Below, piece by piece: positions 30,327 through 41,956 of a stretch of 64,000 nt of DNA (its first letter is position 1; every line of letters starts with the position of its first letter). A model generated the notes under the pieces. It was given only the letters and a program-made list of their open reading frames with translations, ran no database searches and was not told the DNA's origin. Origin of the DNA: an uncultured delta proteobacterium (GTDB lineage Bacteria > Myxococcota > Myxococcia > Myxococcales > Myxococcaceae); contig CAVZMH010000013.1 in NCBI GenBank assembly GCA_963776345.1, positions 32,001-96,000 on the forward strand, in the 5' to 3' direction. Position numbers and translations under genes: made by a program.

Positions 30327-31712
30327 TCAGCGCACCTGACGCAGCGCCTCGGTGAACTTCTCCGGTCCGAGGAAACCGGTCACCCGCGGGTCATCCAGGA
30401 CCTGACCCTCCGAGGAGATGAACGCCACCGTGGGCAGGCCGTTGACCCCGAACCGCTGGTACAGCGCGTCGACCGGGTCCTGGGCGTTGGTCCCGTCCAC
30501 CTTGATGCGGACGAAGCGCTCGGCCTCCTCCACCACCGCCGGCGCGACGTAGGTCTCGCGGTCCAGTTCCTTGCAGGCCGCGCACCACTCCGCGAAGAAG
30601 TCGATCATCACCGGCCGGTGCTCGGCCCGCGCACGGGCGAGCGCGGCCTCGACGGGCTCGGGGCGGGTCCCCTCCCCCGCATAGCGGAGGTTCCAGACCA
30701 GGCCCGTGCTCTCCACCCCGACGTTGAGGGCGGAGAGCCGGAGCAGCACCGCCCCGGCGACCAGCGCCACACCGGCGCCCTTGAGCAGCGCCTCCCGGGG
30801 CCCGGCGCCGAAGCGGCGGTGGATGGCGCCGAGCAGCACGCCCACCCCGGCCAGTCCGGCGGCGAGCGCGACGCCTCCCGTCGGTCCCCAGGCCCGGGCC
30901 GCGGACGACGCTGCGGTGCGGAGCGCGGGGAAGGCGTCCCGGACGTAGGTGGCGGCGAGGGCGACGAGCAGGATGCCGAGCGCGCTCTTCACCCAGTCCA
31001 TCCAGGCGCCGCTCTTCGGGAGCCGCACCGCGAAGACGCCGATGAGGAAGAACGGCACGCCGATGCCCAGCGCGTAGACGAAGAGCAGCCCCGCCCCGAG
31101 CGCCGTGCTGCGGCTGGTCGCCACATAGGTGAGGAGCCCGGTGAGCACCGGGCCGGTGCAGGGCGCGGCGAGGAAGCCTGCCACGCTGCCCATCAGGAAC
31201 GCACCCGCCAGGCCCGAGCCTCCGACCGAGTTCAGCCGCAGCGCGAGCCCCTCGGGGAGGGTGAGCTCGAACGCGCCGAACATGCTGGCCGCGAGCACCA
31301 GCAGGAACACGGCGAGCCCGATGGCCACCGCCGGATGCCCGAGCAGCTGCCCGAACGCCGCGCCGGTGCGCGCCGCCACGACGCCGAGCGTGGCGAACAC
31401 CACCCCCATCCCCACGACGTAGCTCGAGGTGAGGAGCACCGCCTTGCCTCGCCCGACTCCGGGCCGGGCGCCGAACACGCCCACGGTGATGGGGATGAGC
31501 GGGTAGACGCACGGGGTGAGCGCGGTGAGCAGCCCTCCGAGGAAGACCAGGAGCGCGCCGGCCCCGAGCCGGCCTGCCCCGAGCGCTCCGGCGGCATCGA
31601 GGTTGGCCGACGGCCCGGTGGGCAGGGCGGCGGGCACGAGCGCGAGCCCGAGCGCGGCCACTGCCGCGAGGCCGAGCACCCGGACCAGGCGTGTCGATGG
31701 TGTCGTCTGCAA
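30327..31712 (-). CDS. DsbD/CcdA-type protein-disulfide reductase with a C-terminal thioredoxin domain
   Basis: LTPCVYPLIP, AAPCTGP, DFFAEWCAACKE. The start is uncertain. Confidence 0.88.
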   Translation of the reverse strand: MQTTPSTRLVRVLGLAAVAALGLALVPAALPTGPSANLDAAGALGAGRLGAGALLVFLGGLLTALTPCVYPLIPITVGVFGARPGVGRGKAVLLTSSYVVGMGVVFATLGVVAARTGAAFGQLLGHPAVAIGLAVFLLVLAASMFGAFELTLPEGLALRLNSVGGSGLAGAFLMGSVAGFLAAPCTGPVLTGLLTYVATSRSTALGAGLLFVYALGIGVPFFLIGVFAVRLPKSGAWMDWVKSALGILLVALAATYVRDAFPALRTAASSAARAWGPTGGVALAAGLAGVGVLLGAIHRRFGAGPREALLKGAGVALVAGAVLLRLSALNVGVESTGLVWNLRYAGEGTRPEPVEAALARARAEHRPVMIDFFAEWCAACKELDRETYVAPAVVEEAERFVRIKVDGTNAQDPVDALYQRFGVNGLPTVAFISSEGQVLDDPRVTGFLGPEKFTEALRQVR

Positions 31713-31792
31713 AGAGTTTCGCTCCGGGATCCGAGCAGGAAACGCCCACGGAGCCCGCGGGCTTCCACCTTGATGTCGGGACCCCCATCGTT

Positions 31793-31817
31793 ATAATCGA
31801 CCTGTCCGGTCCACATT
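31793..31817 (+). promoter_or_regulatory. IscR/Rrf2-type operator candidate upstream of iscS
   Basis: ATAATCGACCTGTCCGGTCCACATT aligns with the IscR type-1 consensus (ATA..YGAC-N7-GTC...) and overlaps a TATAAT hexamer. Confidence 0.6.
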
Positions 31818-31852
31818 GGTAGGCCAATGTAGGCACGGACCCGAACGACCCG

Positions 31853-33214
31853 ATGACGCTCCCTATTTACATGGATAACCATGCCACGACCGCGCTCGAT
31901 CCGCGCGTGCTCGAGGCGATGCTCCCGTACCTCCGGGAGGATTTCGGGAACGCTGCTTCTCGGAACCATGCGTTCGGGTGGCGGGCCGAGGCGGCGGTCG
32001 AGCAGGCCCGGGCCCAGGTCGCGGCGCTGATCGGCGCTCAGGCGAACGAGATCGTCTTCACCAGCGGCGCCACCGAGTCGGACAACCTGGCGCTCAAGGG
32101 CGTGGCCGAGTTCTACCGGGCCAAGGGCGACCACATGGTCACCCTCAAGACCGAGCACAAGGCCATCCTCGACTCCGGCAAGCGGCTGGAGCGCATGCGC
32201 CAGGAGCGGCTCGAGGAGCTGAAGCTGCTCCGGCTGATCGAGCTCACCGGCGGCGAGGTGAAGCCCGAGGACGTGGACGCGCTCGTGGCCCAGTACAAGC
32301 TGGACCAGGATCCGGTGCTGCAGCGCTGGGCCTCCGTGGTCCGCACCGGCGCCCGGGTCACGTACCTGGACGTGGAGAAGGACGGCCGGGTCAGCCTGGA
32401 GAAGCTCGCCGCGGCCATCACCGACCAGACGATCCTCGTCTCGGTGATGCTGGCCAACAACGAGATCGGCACCGTCCAGCCGCTCGAGGAGATCGGCAAG
32501 CTCTGCCGCGCGCGGGGGGTGCTGTTCCACACCGACGCGGTGCAGGGCGTGGGCAAGGTCCCCTTCGACGTCGAGTCGATGAAGATCGATCTCGCCTCGG
32601 TCACCGCGCACAAGATCTACGGCCCCAAGGGCATCGGCGCGCTGTACGTGCGCCGGAAGCCGAGGGTGCGCCTCGCGCCGATCATCGACGGGGGCGGCCA
32701 CGAGCGGGGCATGCGCTCGGGCACCCTGAACGTGGCCGGCATCGTGGGCTTCGGAAAGGCGGCGGAGATCGCCCGGACGGAGATGGCGGCCGAGTCGGCC
32801 CGCATCCTCGCGCTCCGGGAGCGCCTCCGGGCCAAGCTGACGTCCGAGCTGGACATGGTGATCCTGAACGGCTCCCTCGAGCACCGGCTGCCGGGGAACC
32901 TGAACGTGTCCTTCGCCTACGTCGAGGGCGAGGCCCTGATGATGGCCATCAAGGACGTGGCGGTGAGCTCGGGGAGCGCCTGCACCTCGGCCTCGCTCGA
33001 GCCCTCCTACGTGCTCCGGGCCCTGGGAGTGGAGGAGGACATGGCGCACTCCTCGATCCGCTTCGGGCTCGGCCGCTTCAACACCGAGGCCCAGGTGGAC
33101 ACGGTGGCGCGGTTGGTGGTGGACAAGGTGAGGAAGCTGCGCGAGATGAGTCCCCTCTACGAGATGGCCCGCGAGGGCGTGGACCTCAAGTCCATCGCCT
33201 GGTCGGCGCATTAA
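31853..33214 (+). CDS. iscS: Cysteine desulfurase IscS, with a ~50-aa insertion
   Basis: [60 protein letters not shown]. Confidence 0.96.
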   Translation: MTLPIYMDNHATTALDPRVLEAMLPYLREDFGNAASRNHAFGWRAEAAVEQARAQVAALIGAQANEIVFTSGATESDNLALKGVAEFYRAKGDHMVTLKTEHKAILDSGKRLERMRQERLEELKLLRLIELTGGEVKPEDVDALVAQYKLDQDPVLQRWASVVRTGARVTYLDVEKDGRVSLEKLAAAITDQTILVSVMLANNEIGTVQPLEEIGKLCRARGVLFHTDAVQGVGKVPFDVESMKIDLASVTAHKIYGPKGIGALYVRRKPRVRLAPIIDGGGHERGMRSGTLNVAGIVGFGKAAEIARTEMAAESARILALRERLRAKLTSELDMVILNGSLEHRLPGNLNVSFAYVEGEALMMAIKDVAVSSGSACTSASLEPSYVLRALGVEEDMAHSSIRFGLGRFNTEAQVDTVARLVVDKVRKLREMSPLYEMAREGVDLKSIAWSAH

Positions 33215-33225
33215 AGGACGTCGCC

Positions 33226-33636
33226 ATGGCCTACAGCGAGAAGGTCGTCGAGCACTACGAGAACCCCCGGAACGTGGGAACGCTGGACAAGAGCGATCCC
33301 AACGTGGGCACCGGTCTGGTCGGCGCTCCGGCCTGCGGCGACGTGATGCGGCTGCAGCTCCGCATCTCCGACGATGGTGTGATCCAGGACGCGAAGTTCA
33401 AGACCTTCGGCTGTGGCTCGGCGATCGCGTCCAGCTCGCTGGTCACCGAGTGGGTGAAGGGAAAGACGGTGGACGAGGCGACGCAGATCACCAACAAGGA
33501 GATCGCCAAGGAGCTGTCGCTTCCGCCGGTGAAGATCCACTGCTCGGTGCTGGCCGAGGACGCGATCAAGGCCGCCATCGAGGACTTCAAGAAGAAGCGC
33601 GCCGAGCGTCAGGCGGCAACCAGCCTCTCGAGTTGA
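33226..33636 (+). CDS. iscU: Fe-S cluster scaffold IscU
   Basis: MAYSEKV, GAPACGDVM, KTFGCGSAIAS, LPPVKIHCS. Confidence 0.97.
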   Translation: MAYSEKVVEHYENPRNVGTLDKSDPNVGTGLVGAPACGDVMRLQLRISDDGVIQDAKFKTFGCGSAIASSSLVTEWVKGKTVDEATQITNKEIAKELSLPPVKIHCSVLAEDAIKAAIEDFKKKRAERQAATSLSS

Positions 33637-34013
33637 TGACCGCTCCCGCCCAGAACACCGCGCCGGCTGCTCCCCGCCCTTCCCTGCGGACCTTCTCGGT
33701 CTCCGAGGGGGCGGCGGCGCGGATCAAGATCCTCCTTGCCCAGCGGAACACGCCGGACGCGGGGCTACGGGTGGCGGTGCGCGGCGGCGGCTGCTCCGGC
33801 CTGTCCTACGCGATCGAGTGGGCCGAGGCCCCGCGGGAGCGCGACAAGATCTTCGAGAAGGACGGGATCCGCGTGTTCGTGGACCCCAAGAGCTACCTGT
33901 ACCTCATGGGCTCCGAGCTCCGGTACGAGGAGACGCTCATGGCCTCCGGCTTCAAGCTGGAGAACCCCAACGTGAAGACCGCCTGCGGGTGCGGCGAGAG
34001 CTTCACCGTCTAG
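33636..34013 (+). CDS. iscA: Fe-S cluster assembly protein IscA (HesB family)
   Basis: GGGCSGLSY, NPNVKTACGCGESF. Confidence 0.95.
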   Translation: MTAPAQNTAPAAPRPSLRTFSVSEGAAARIKILLAQRNTPDAGLRVAVRGGGCSGLSYAIEWAEAPRERDKIFEKDGIRVFVDPKSYLYLMGSELRYEETLMASGFKLENPNVKTACGCGESFTV

Positions 34014-34024
34014 GGGCGACGGTC

Positions 34025-34645
34025 GTGCGCTGCTGGAACTGCGAGGTGGAGGTGGCGGGCGCCGACGTCTGTCCGAGCTGCGGAAAGGTGCAGCCTGTCG
34101 CGCCGGGCACCACGCTCTTCGACGTGCTCGGGCTCCCGCGCGGCGTGGAGGTGGACAGGGCCGAGCTGGAGCGCGCGTACCGGGAGCGGTCGCTGCGCCT
34201 GCACCCGGACCGCGCCGGGAAGGACGGCGCACGGGAGCGGCGGCTGGCCCTGGAGCGGACGGCGCTGCTCAACGAGGCCTACCGGACGCTGCGCGCGCCC
34301 GAGCCGCGCGCGTTCTACCTCCTCAAGCTCCACGGCCTGGACCTCCTCAAGGACGAGGCCCGGGCGGTGACCGTGCCTCCCCATCTGCTGGAGGAGGTGC
34401 TCGAGCTGCGCGAGCAGCTGGACAGCGCCCGGACCGCCGGGGACGACCATCAGATAGACGCCCTCTCCGACCGGGTGCGGGTCCAGTCGGCGACGGCGCT
34501 CTCGGCGGCGCAGACCGCGCTCCGGCGGCTGGAGCGTGACCCCTCGGACGGTTCGGCGCGCGACGAGGCGGCCCAGGCGCTCGCCCGGCTCCGCTACCAC
34601 CGCCGGTTCCTCGAGGCGGCCGAGAGCGGCGAGGAGGATGCGTAG
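34025..34645 (+). CDS. hscB: Co-chaperone HscB with an N-terminal CxxC..CxxC motif
   Basis: J-domain [11 protein letters not shown]...[12 protein letters not shown]...CPSC. Confidence 0.92.
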   Translation: MRCWNCEVEVAGADVCPSCGKVQPVAPGTTLFDVLGLPRGVEVDRAELERAYRERSLRLHPDRAGKDGARERRLALERTALLNEAYRTLRAPEPRAFYLLKLHGLDLLKDEARAVTVPPHLLEEVLELREQLDSARTAGDDHQIDALSDRVRVQSATALSAAQTALRRLERDPSDGSARDEAAQALARLRYHRRFLEAAESGEEDA

Positions 34646-34647
34646 CC

Positions 34648-36495
<1,848 letters not shown>

Positions 36496-36496
36496 A

Positions 36497-36529
36497 GTGC
36501 TCCGAGTCACCACACCCCGGTCGGAGCAC
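36497..36529 (+). promoter_or_regulatory. 9-bp inverted repeat between hscA and fdx that covers the fdx RBS
   Basis: GTGCTCCGA-N15-TCGGAGCAC; the GGAG lies in the 3' arm. Confidence 0.45.
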
Positions 36530-36531
36530 TG

Positions 36532-36909
36532 ATGCCTCGGGTTCGCTTCCGGAGCCCCTTCGACGAGGTGATGATCGAGGTCCCGGAGGGGACCAGCCTG
36601 CTCGAGGCCGCCGAGCAGTGCGGAGCCACGGTGGGTCACGCCTGCGGCGGGGTCTGCGCCTGCTCGACGTGCCACGTCTGGGTGCGTCGTGGGCTGGACT
36701 CGCTCTCCGAGCAGGAGGACCCGGAGGCGGACCGGCTGGACCAGGCCTTCGACGTCCGGGCCAACTCGCGCCTCGCCTGCCAGTCACTCCTCGGCAGCGA
36801 GGACGTGGACGTGGAGATCACCCAGGAGTCGCTCCAGGCCTTCCTCGACGAGAATCCGGAGCTCCGGCACCGGCTCGAGGCCGAGGGGAAGTGGCCCTTG
36901 AAACGGTAG
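36532..36909 (+). CDS. fdx: ISC [2Fe-2S] ferredoxin
   Basis: HACGGVCACSTCHV, SRLACQ. Confidence 0.95.
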   Translation: MPRVRFRSPFDEVMIEVPEGTSLLEAAEQCGATVGHACGGVCACSTCHVWVRRGLDSLSEQEDPEADRLDQAFDVRANSRLACQSLLGSEDVDVEITQESLQAFLDENPELRHRLEAEGKWPLKR

Positions 36910-36941
36910 GCTCCTCCTCCTATAAGGCCCGCCTCCGCACC

Positions 36942-37023
36942 GCCCAGGTGGTGGAATTGGTAGACACACTAGATTCAGGGTCTAGCGCCGCGAGGCATGG
37001 AGGTTCGAGTCCTCTCCTGGGCA
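36942..37023 (+). tRNA. tRNA-Leu (anticodon CAG)
   Basis: GCCCAGG...CCTGGGC-A acceptor stem, CTAGA-TTCAGGG-TCTAG anticodon arm, long variable arm, GGTTCGAGTCC; no encoded CCA. Confidence 0.96.
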
Positions 37024-37079
37024 CAGCAGCACCCGTGAGGTGACATCCCCCGGGAGCCGCGCCAGGGGGCTGGTGCGCC

Positions 37080-38441
37080 TCAGTGGCTTCCGCGGCCGGT
37101 GACCACCGCGGGCACGGTCTTCAGCAAGAGCCCGATGTCCTGACCGACGCTCGAGTGATCGATGTACTGGAGGTCCAGGTACATCCAGTCCTCGAAGGCG
37201 ACCTCGTTCCGTCCGCTGACCTGCCAGAGGCAGGTGAGGCCCGGAGGGACGGAGAGCCGGCGGCGCTGCCACGGCTCGTACTGCGCCACCTCCTGCGGCA
37301 CCGGCGGGCGCGGGCCGACCAGGGTCATGTCGCCGCGGAGCACGTTCACCAGCTGCGGCAGCTCGTCGATGCTGTACTTGCGGAGGATGCGCCCCAGCGG
37401 CGTCACCCGCGGGTCGCCCTTGATCTTGAAGACCGGCCCCTTCTGCTCGTTCTGCGCGGCGAGCGTGGCCTTCAGCGCCTCGGCGTTGACCACCATGGAG
37501 CGGAACTTCAGCATGTGGAACTTCTTGCCGTGCAGCCCCACCCGCACCTGCCGGAAGAAGACCGTCCCCGGCGAGGTGAGCTTCACCAGCGCCGCGACGA
37601 TCAGAAGGAAGGGGAAGAGCACCCACAGCGCGGCCGCCGAACCGGCGATGTCCAGGAGCCGCTTCACCACCCGGTACTCGGGCTTCACCGAGCCGGTCAC
37701 GTAGTGGAGGAAGCCGTCCTCCACCGCCTTGGTCGCCACCGGCTGCGCCCGACCCAGCCGGACGCTGTACGCCGGCAGCGCGAACGGCACGCCGAAGGTC
37801 TCGCAGGTGCCCACCGCGGCCTGGAGCGAGCGGGCCTGGGTGTGCGGGAGCCCGCAGAGGTAGACCTCGTCGAGCACCTCGCGCTGGAGCACCGCCGGCA
37901 GCTCGCTCGCCTCGCCGAGGTAACGACCCTGCAGCGGCGCGGGGACGCTCTCGCCCGGCCAGCTCAGGTAGCTGCACTGCGCGCGGCGGCGGCCGAGGTC
38001 CTCGCCGGTGATGCGGCCGAGCGGACCGGTGCCCAGGATGAGCACCTGCCGCGGGGGGCGCATGCGCGCGCGCACGAAGGCGAACACGGTCATCCGGAGG
38101 AGGACCTGGATGGGCAGCGCGACCGCGAGCATCGTCCGCAAGTCCGGCGCGTCGAACGGGACGAGTGCGCCTCCCAGCGCGAGCACCGTCGCCACCGAGA
38201 GGAGGATGATCAGCGTGTGGAGCACCTCCTCCCACGGCGCGCGATGCCCGTTGTGCGCGTAGTGGTGCGCGACCGAGCTCGTGCTCCAGAACACGCCCAG
38301 GGCGCAGATCGTCCACCCGAGCCTCGTGGTCCACGGCCCGTGAGTGGCCATCACCATGCTCGCCGCGAGGACCGCGAGATCCACCGCCAGCCCGAACTTC
38401 CCCGCCCGGGTTGGTGCAAAACGCTGAATGCTGATTGCCAC
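37080..38441 (-). CDS. Polyprenyl-phosphate glycosylphosphotransferase (WcaJ/WbaP/EpsZ-like priming sugar transferase)
   Basis: KRLLDI, FRQVRVG, KFRSM, DPRVT, SIDELPQLVNVLRGDMTLVGPRP, PGLTCLWQVSGRN. Confidence 0.94.
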   Translation of the reverse strand: MAISIQRFAPTRAGKFGLAVDLAVLAASMVMATHGPWTTRLGWTICALGVFWSTSSVAHHYAHNGHRAPWEEVLHTLIILLSVATVLALGGALVPFDAPDLRTMLAVALPIQVLLRMTVFAFVRARMRPPRQVLILGTGPLGRITGEDLGRRRAQCSYLSWPGESVPAPLQGRYLGEASELPAVLQREVLDEVYLCGLPHTQARSLQAAVGTCETFGVPFALPAYSVRLGRAQPVATKAVEDGFLHYVTGSVKPEYRVVKRLLDIAGSAAALWVLFPFLLIVAALVKLTSPGTVFFRQVRVGLHGKKFHMLKFRSMVVNAEALKATLAAQNEQKGPVFKIKGDPRVTPLGRILRKYSIDELPQLVNVLRGDMTLVGPRPPVPQEVAQYEPWQRRRLSVPPGLTCLWQVSGRNEVAFEDWMYLDLQYIDHSSVGQDIGLLLKTVPAVVTGRGSH

Positions 38442-38612
38442 CGACGGTTCCCCTGCACGCGCTCGAGCGCCGCGCGTCCCACCGAGTCACTCCCTCGACG
38501 ACGCGGGAGTCTCTTGCACCACGGGGTCGCACACTAACGCTTTCTGTGTGAACTCCGCATGAGGCCTCCCACACCCACCGGGTCACGAATGAACCGCTGT
38601 CCCGATGGACAT

Positions 38613-39362
38613 TCAGCCGCTGGACCGCGGACGGAGCCAGTCGCGCGCGACGATGCCGAGGAACGCGGGGTCGTTCACCAGGTAGCGGCGCCAGAGCCGG
38701 CGTGGCTCACGTCCCAGACGGTAGGCCCACTCCAGCCCGGCACGGGCCATCCAGGTCGGGGCACGTGGAATCCGCCCGGCCAGGAAATCGATGACCGCTC
38801 CGCACGCGAGCCCCACCGTCCCGGGAAGCGTCTCCCGCGCCCGGTCGATGAAGAGCTCCTGCTTCGGAGACCCGAGCCCCACCAGGAGCAGCTGAGGCGC
38901 CGCCAGGCGGAGACGGTCCAGGGATTCGGACGGGGCCACCCCCTCGGCCGTCACCCGGGGCGAATCCGTGGCGACGACGTCCACACCCCGGTCGCGGAGC
39001 ACCCGCTCTGCAATCTCGGCGGAATCCCCGCTCCCGCCGAAGAGGGCCACCCGCCAGCGCCGGTCGGCGGCCCGCTCGAGCAAGGGGCCCGCGAGATCCG
39101 AGCCCGCCACCCGCTCCGGGAGCGCGGGGCCCCGGAGGCGGGAGGCCCAGACCAGGGGCATCCCGTCGGCGAGGCAGAGGTCCGCCCGGGCATAGGCGGC
39201 GGCGAAGGCGGGCGACCGCTCGGCGTTGACCACGTGATCCACGTTCGGGGTGAAGACGCTGCCCCCCTTCCCGGCGGCGACCAGCTGCTCGATCCGGTCG
39301 ATGGCCTCATCCAGCCGCACCACGTCCGCCGAGAGCCGTCCGATGTGAAAGCGCGCGCTCAT
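38613..39362 (-). CDS. WecB/TagA/CpsF family glycosyltransferase
   Basis: TPNVDH, ADGMPLVW, RVAGSDL, VGLGSPKQE, RAP..GLEWAYRL..EPRRLWRRYL. Confidence 0.93.
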   Translation of the reverse strand: MSARFHIGRLSADVVRLDEAIDRIEQLVAAGKGGSVFTPNVDHVVNAERSPAFAAAYARADLCLADGMPLVWASRLRGPALPERVAGSDLAGPLLERAADRRWRVALFGGSGDSAEIAERVLRDRGVDVVATDSPRVTAEGVAPSESLDRLRLAAPQLLLVGLGSPKQELFIDRARETLPGTVGLACGAVIDFLAGRIPRAPTWMARAGLEWAYRLGREPRRLWRRYLVNDPAFLGIVARDWLRPRSSG

Positions 39363-39539
39363 CCCTCTGGATCTCCTGCTCTTTCCACGTCCGGGCGCCG
39401 GCGTGCATGAGTCGAGAATGACTCGCGCCGGCAGTCCGTTCGAGGTTTGCCCGGTCCGAGCGGCGCATGCTACGTCCCGCCGCGCATCGGAGCCCCCCGT
39501 CCCGGGTGGAGCTCCACCGAGGAGGAAACGCTCCCCACG

Positions 39540-40145
39540 ATGAGAACGCCTCTGCGCCGTGCACTCGCTCCGGCCGTCATCGCGACAGCGCTCGCCGGCT
39601 GTGCCAGCACCTCGGGCTCGTTCGTCTGGGCAGGCGACTACCAGGAACCCCCTGTTCCCGAGCAGGCGGGCTACATCATCCAGCCGGGGGACGTGCTGCA
39701 GATCCGCGTCTTCAACCAGCCGGACATGTCCGCCCGGGCCAGGGTGCGCGAGGACGGGAAGGTGTCCGTGCCCTTCCTCAACGACGTGGTGGCGGCAGGG
39801 AGCACGCCGACCGAGCTCGCCAAGGCGCTGCAGCAGCGCCTCAAGGAATTCATGAACGCCCCGGTGGTCACCATCTCCCTCGAGGAGGCCCGGCCCTTCT
39901 CGGTCGCGGTGATGGGTGAGGTGAGCAAGCCCGGCGTCTATCCGGTTCCGCAGAACTCCGGGGTGATGCAGGCCCTGGCCGCGGCCGGAGGATTCACCGC
40001 GTACGCCTCGCGAGACAAGATCTTCGTCCTCCGCGAGAAGCCCAGCCGGGCGCGCGTCCGCTTCACCTACGACGACCTGGGCCAGGCCGAGGGGAAGGCG
40101 GCCACCTTCCGGCTGCGTGCCGGCGACACCGTCCTGGTCGAGTAG
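39540..40145 (+). CDS. wza: Polysaccharide export OPX lipoprotein, short EpsY-like type
   Basis: Lipobox LAGC; YIIQPGDVLQI, DGKVSVP, VMGEVSKPG, ALAAAGG; ends at LRAGDTVLVE. Confidence 0.9.
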   Translation: MRTPLRRALAPAVIATALAGCASTSGSFVWAGDYQEPPVPEQAGYIIQPGDVLQIRVFNQPDMSARARVREDGKVSVPFLNDVVAAGSTPTELAKALQQRLKEFMNAPVVTISLEEARPFSVAVMGEVSKPGVYPVPQNSGVMQALAAAGGFTAYASRDKIFVLREKPSRARVRFTYDDLGQAEGKAATFRLRAGDTVLVE

Positions 40146-40156
40146 GCGGCGAGGAC

Positions 40157-41460
40157 ATGCTCGCGGTCTCGGCCTCGCTGCTACTGGCGTTCGTCCTCGG
40201 CGCCGAGGGTGACGAGCAGGATGAGCGGTCGGCGACGCCTCAGGTCGCCGCCGACGGCACGACCGTCGCGCCACCCCCCAGCCCCACCCAGGGCACGCTG
40301 GGGGTGCGGGCCGAGCTGCGCTCCGGGCATCCGCTGGACTCGCTGGCGATCACCGCCAACCCCGACGCGGCGACGACCGATCTGGAGATCAACCCGCTCG
40401 CCGCCGCCAAGCTCACCTTCCGCACCGGGACCTTCTCCGCGGCCTACGAGCCGCGCATCTTCGTCATCGCCAGCCAGGCCGACAAGAAGGTCTACTACCT
40501 CCACCGCGGCCGGCTGAGCTTCGACATCAAGCCGGCGCCGCGGTGGCAGGTCTACCTCAACAGCCGCGGCTCGTTCGGGGAGTACGACTTCGACCCGCTG
40601 AGCGGGCTGCAGGGCACCCAGCCGGGGACGGGACTCCCGACGAGCCCCGGCGGATCGGGCCCACCGGCGCCTCCGGTGCTCGGCACCACGCCCAGCACGC
40701 GCTTCGTCAACGTGCTCGACTTCCAGGCCAGCGCGGGATTCGTCTACTCCATCACCTCCACCTGGCAGTGGATCGCCTCGGCAGGCTACATCGCCACCGG
40801 CGGGGCCGATGCCGCCGCCCAGGCCTTCGTCCCGCTCCAGCGTGGACCCATCGCCGCCACCGGTCCGCGCTGGTACCTCTCGCGCCACGACTCGCTCCTG
40901 GCCCTGGTCGACGTCTTCGCATGTCCGGTTCACCAACGGACCCATCTCCACCCTGGTGAACCTCACCGCCAACTGGACCCACGTCTGGGTCCCGGGCCTG
41001 GAGACGGACCTGCTCGGTGGCGTCGGCGTGTACCACTCCTACAACGTTCCCCTCACGCCACCGAAGTCCGACCTGCTGCCGGTGGCGGGGTTCTCCCTCC
41101 GTCACACCCTCAACGGTCGCCGGATCCGGTGGCGGAACGACATCCAGGCCGTGGCCGCCCCAGCGCCGGACCTGATCGGGGGGACGGTCGCCGAGCGCCT
41201 CCGCGGGCTGCTCATCACCGCCCTCACGGTGCACGAGCGGTTGAGCTTCACCTTCACGGGTGAGGTCGGCCAGACCCTGAGCGTCGCGCAGCGTGACGCG
41301 CGGCTGGAGGGTAAGATGGCCTACGCGTTCGCGCCGCAGCTGGCGGTGGCGATCGGCGGACGCGCGGCGTGGCTCGAGGGCTACAACCTGCCCGGCAGAC
41401 AAGGACTTCGGCTGGCTGGGGTTCCTCACCATCGCCACGTACCTGGGAAACGCGCTGTGA
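40157..41460 (+). CDS. Predicted outer-membrane beta-barrel (EpsX/Wzp-like); +1 frameshifts near 40917 and 41397
   Basis: Signal peptide, alternating amphipathic beta-strands rich in aromatics and Gly, directly after the OPX gene. Confidence 0.65.
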
Positions 41461-41554
41461 GCGAGGCGCTTGCTGGGACATTGAAACCGCGGCCATCGCT
41501 TGAGTCGCGTTCACGAACTGGTGTCTGCTGATGCCCCCGAGCACAGAGGAACGG

Positions 41555-41956
41555 ATGCCTTCCCCTCGCAAGGTCCTCGTCGTCGAGGACCACCCCGACG
41601 CGCGCGCGCTGGTCCGCACCTATCTCCTGGCGATGGGGCTGGAGGTGATCGACGTCGCCGAGGGCCGGTCGGCCATCCGCGCTCTGGAGAAGACCCATCC
41701 GGACCTGGTCTGCCTGGACCTGATGCTGCCGGAGCTGAGCGGGTTCGAGGTCTGCGAGTTCATGCGCTCGCGCGCCGAGTTCCGCGACGTGCCGATCCTG
41801 GTGATGAGCGCCCGCGCCAAGCCGATGGACCGCGCCTTCGCCGAGGAGGTGGGCGCCACCGCGTATCTGGTCAAGCCCTTCAAGCGCAGCGAGTTCAGCC
41901 GCGCGGTCAACGTCTGCATGGGGCGCCTGGAGCGGAACGGCCAGGAGGGCCGATGA
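41555..41956 (+). CDS. Single-domain response regulator (EpsW-like position)
   Basis: VLVVEDH, LVCLDLMLPELSG, VMSA, YLVKPF; complete phosphorylation site. Confidence 0.9.
   Translation: MPSPRKVLVVEDHPDARALVRTYLLAMGLEVIDVAEGRSAIRALEKTHPDLVCLDLMLPELSGFEVCEFMRSRAEFRDVPILVMSARAKPMDRAFAEEVGATAYLVKPFKRSEFSRAVNVCMGRLERNGQEGR

Noticed and set aside
32195..32347. Intein or intron in iscS
   Set aside because: Too short, lacks the C/S...HN splice residues, and the frame is uninterrupted.
36942..37080. EPS locus as a genomic island inserted at tRNA-Leu
   Set aside because: No integrase, no duplicated tRNA end seen in the window, and no obvious compositional shift.
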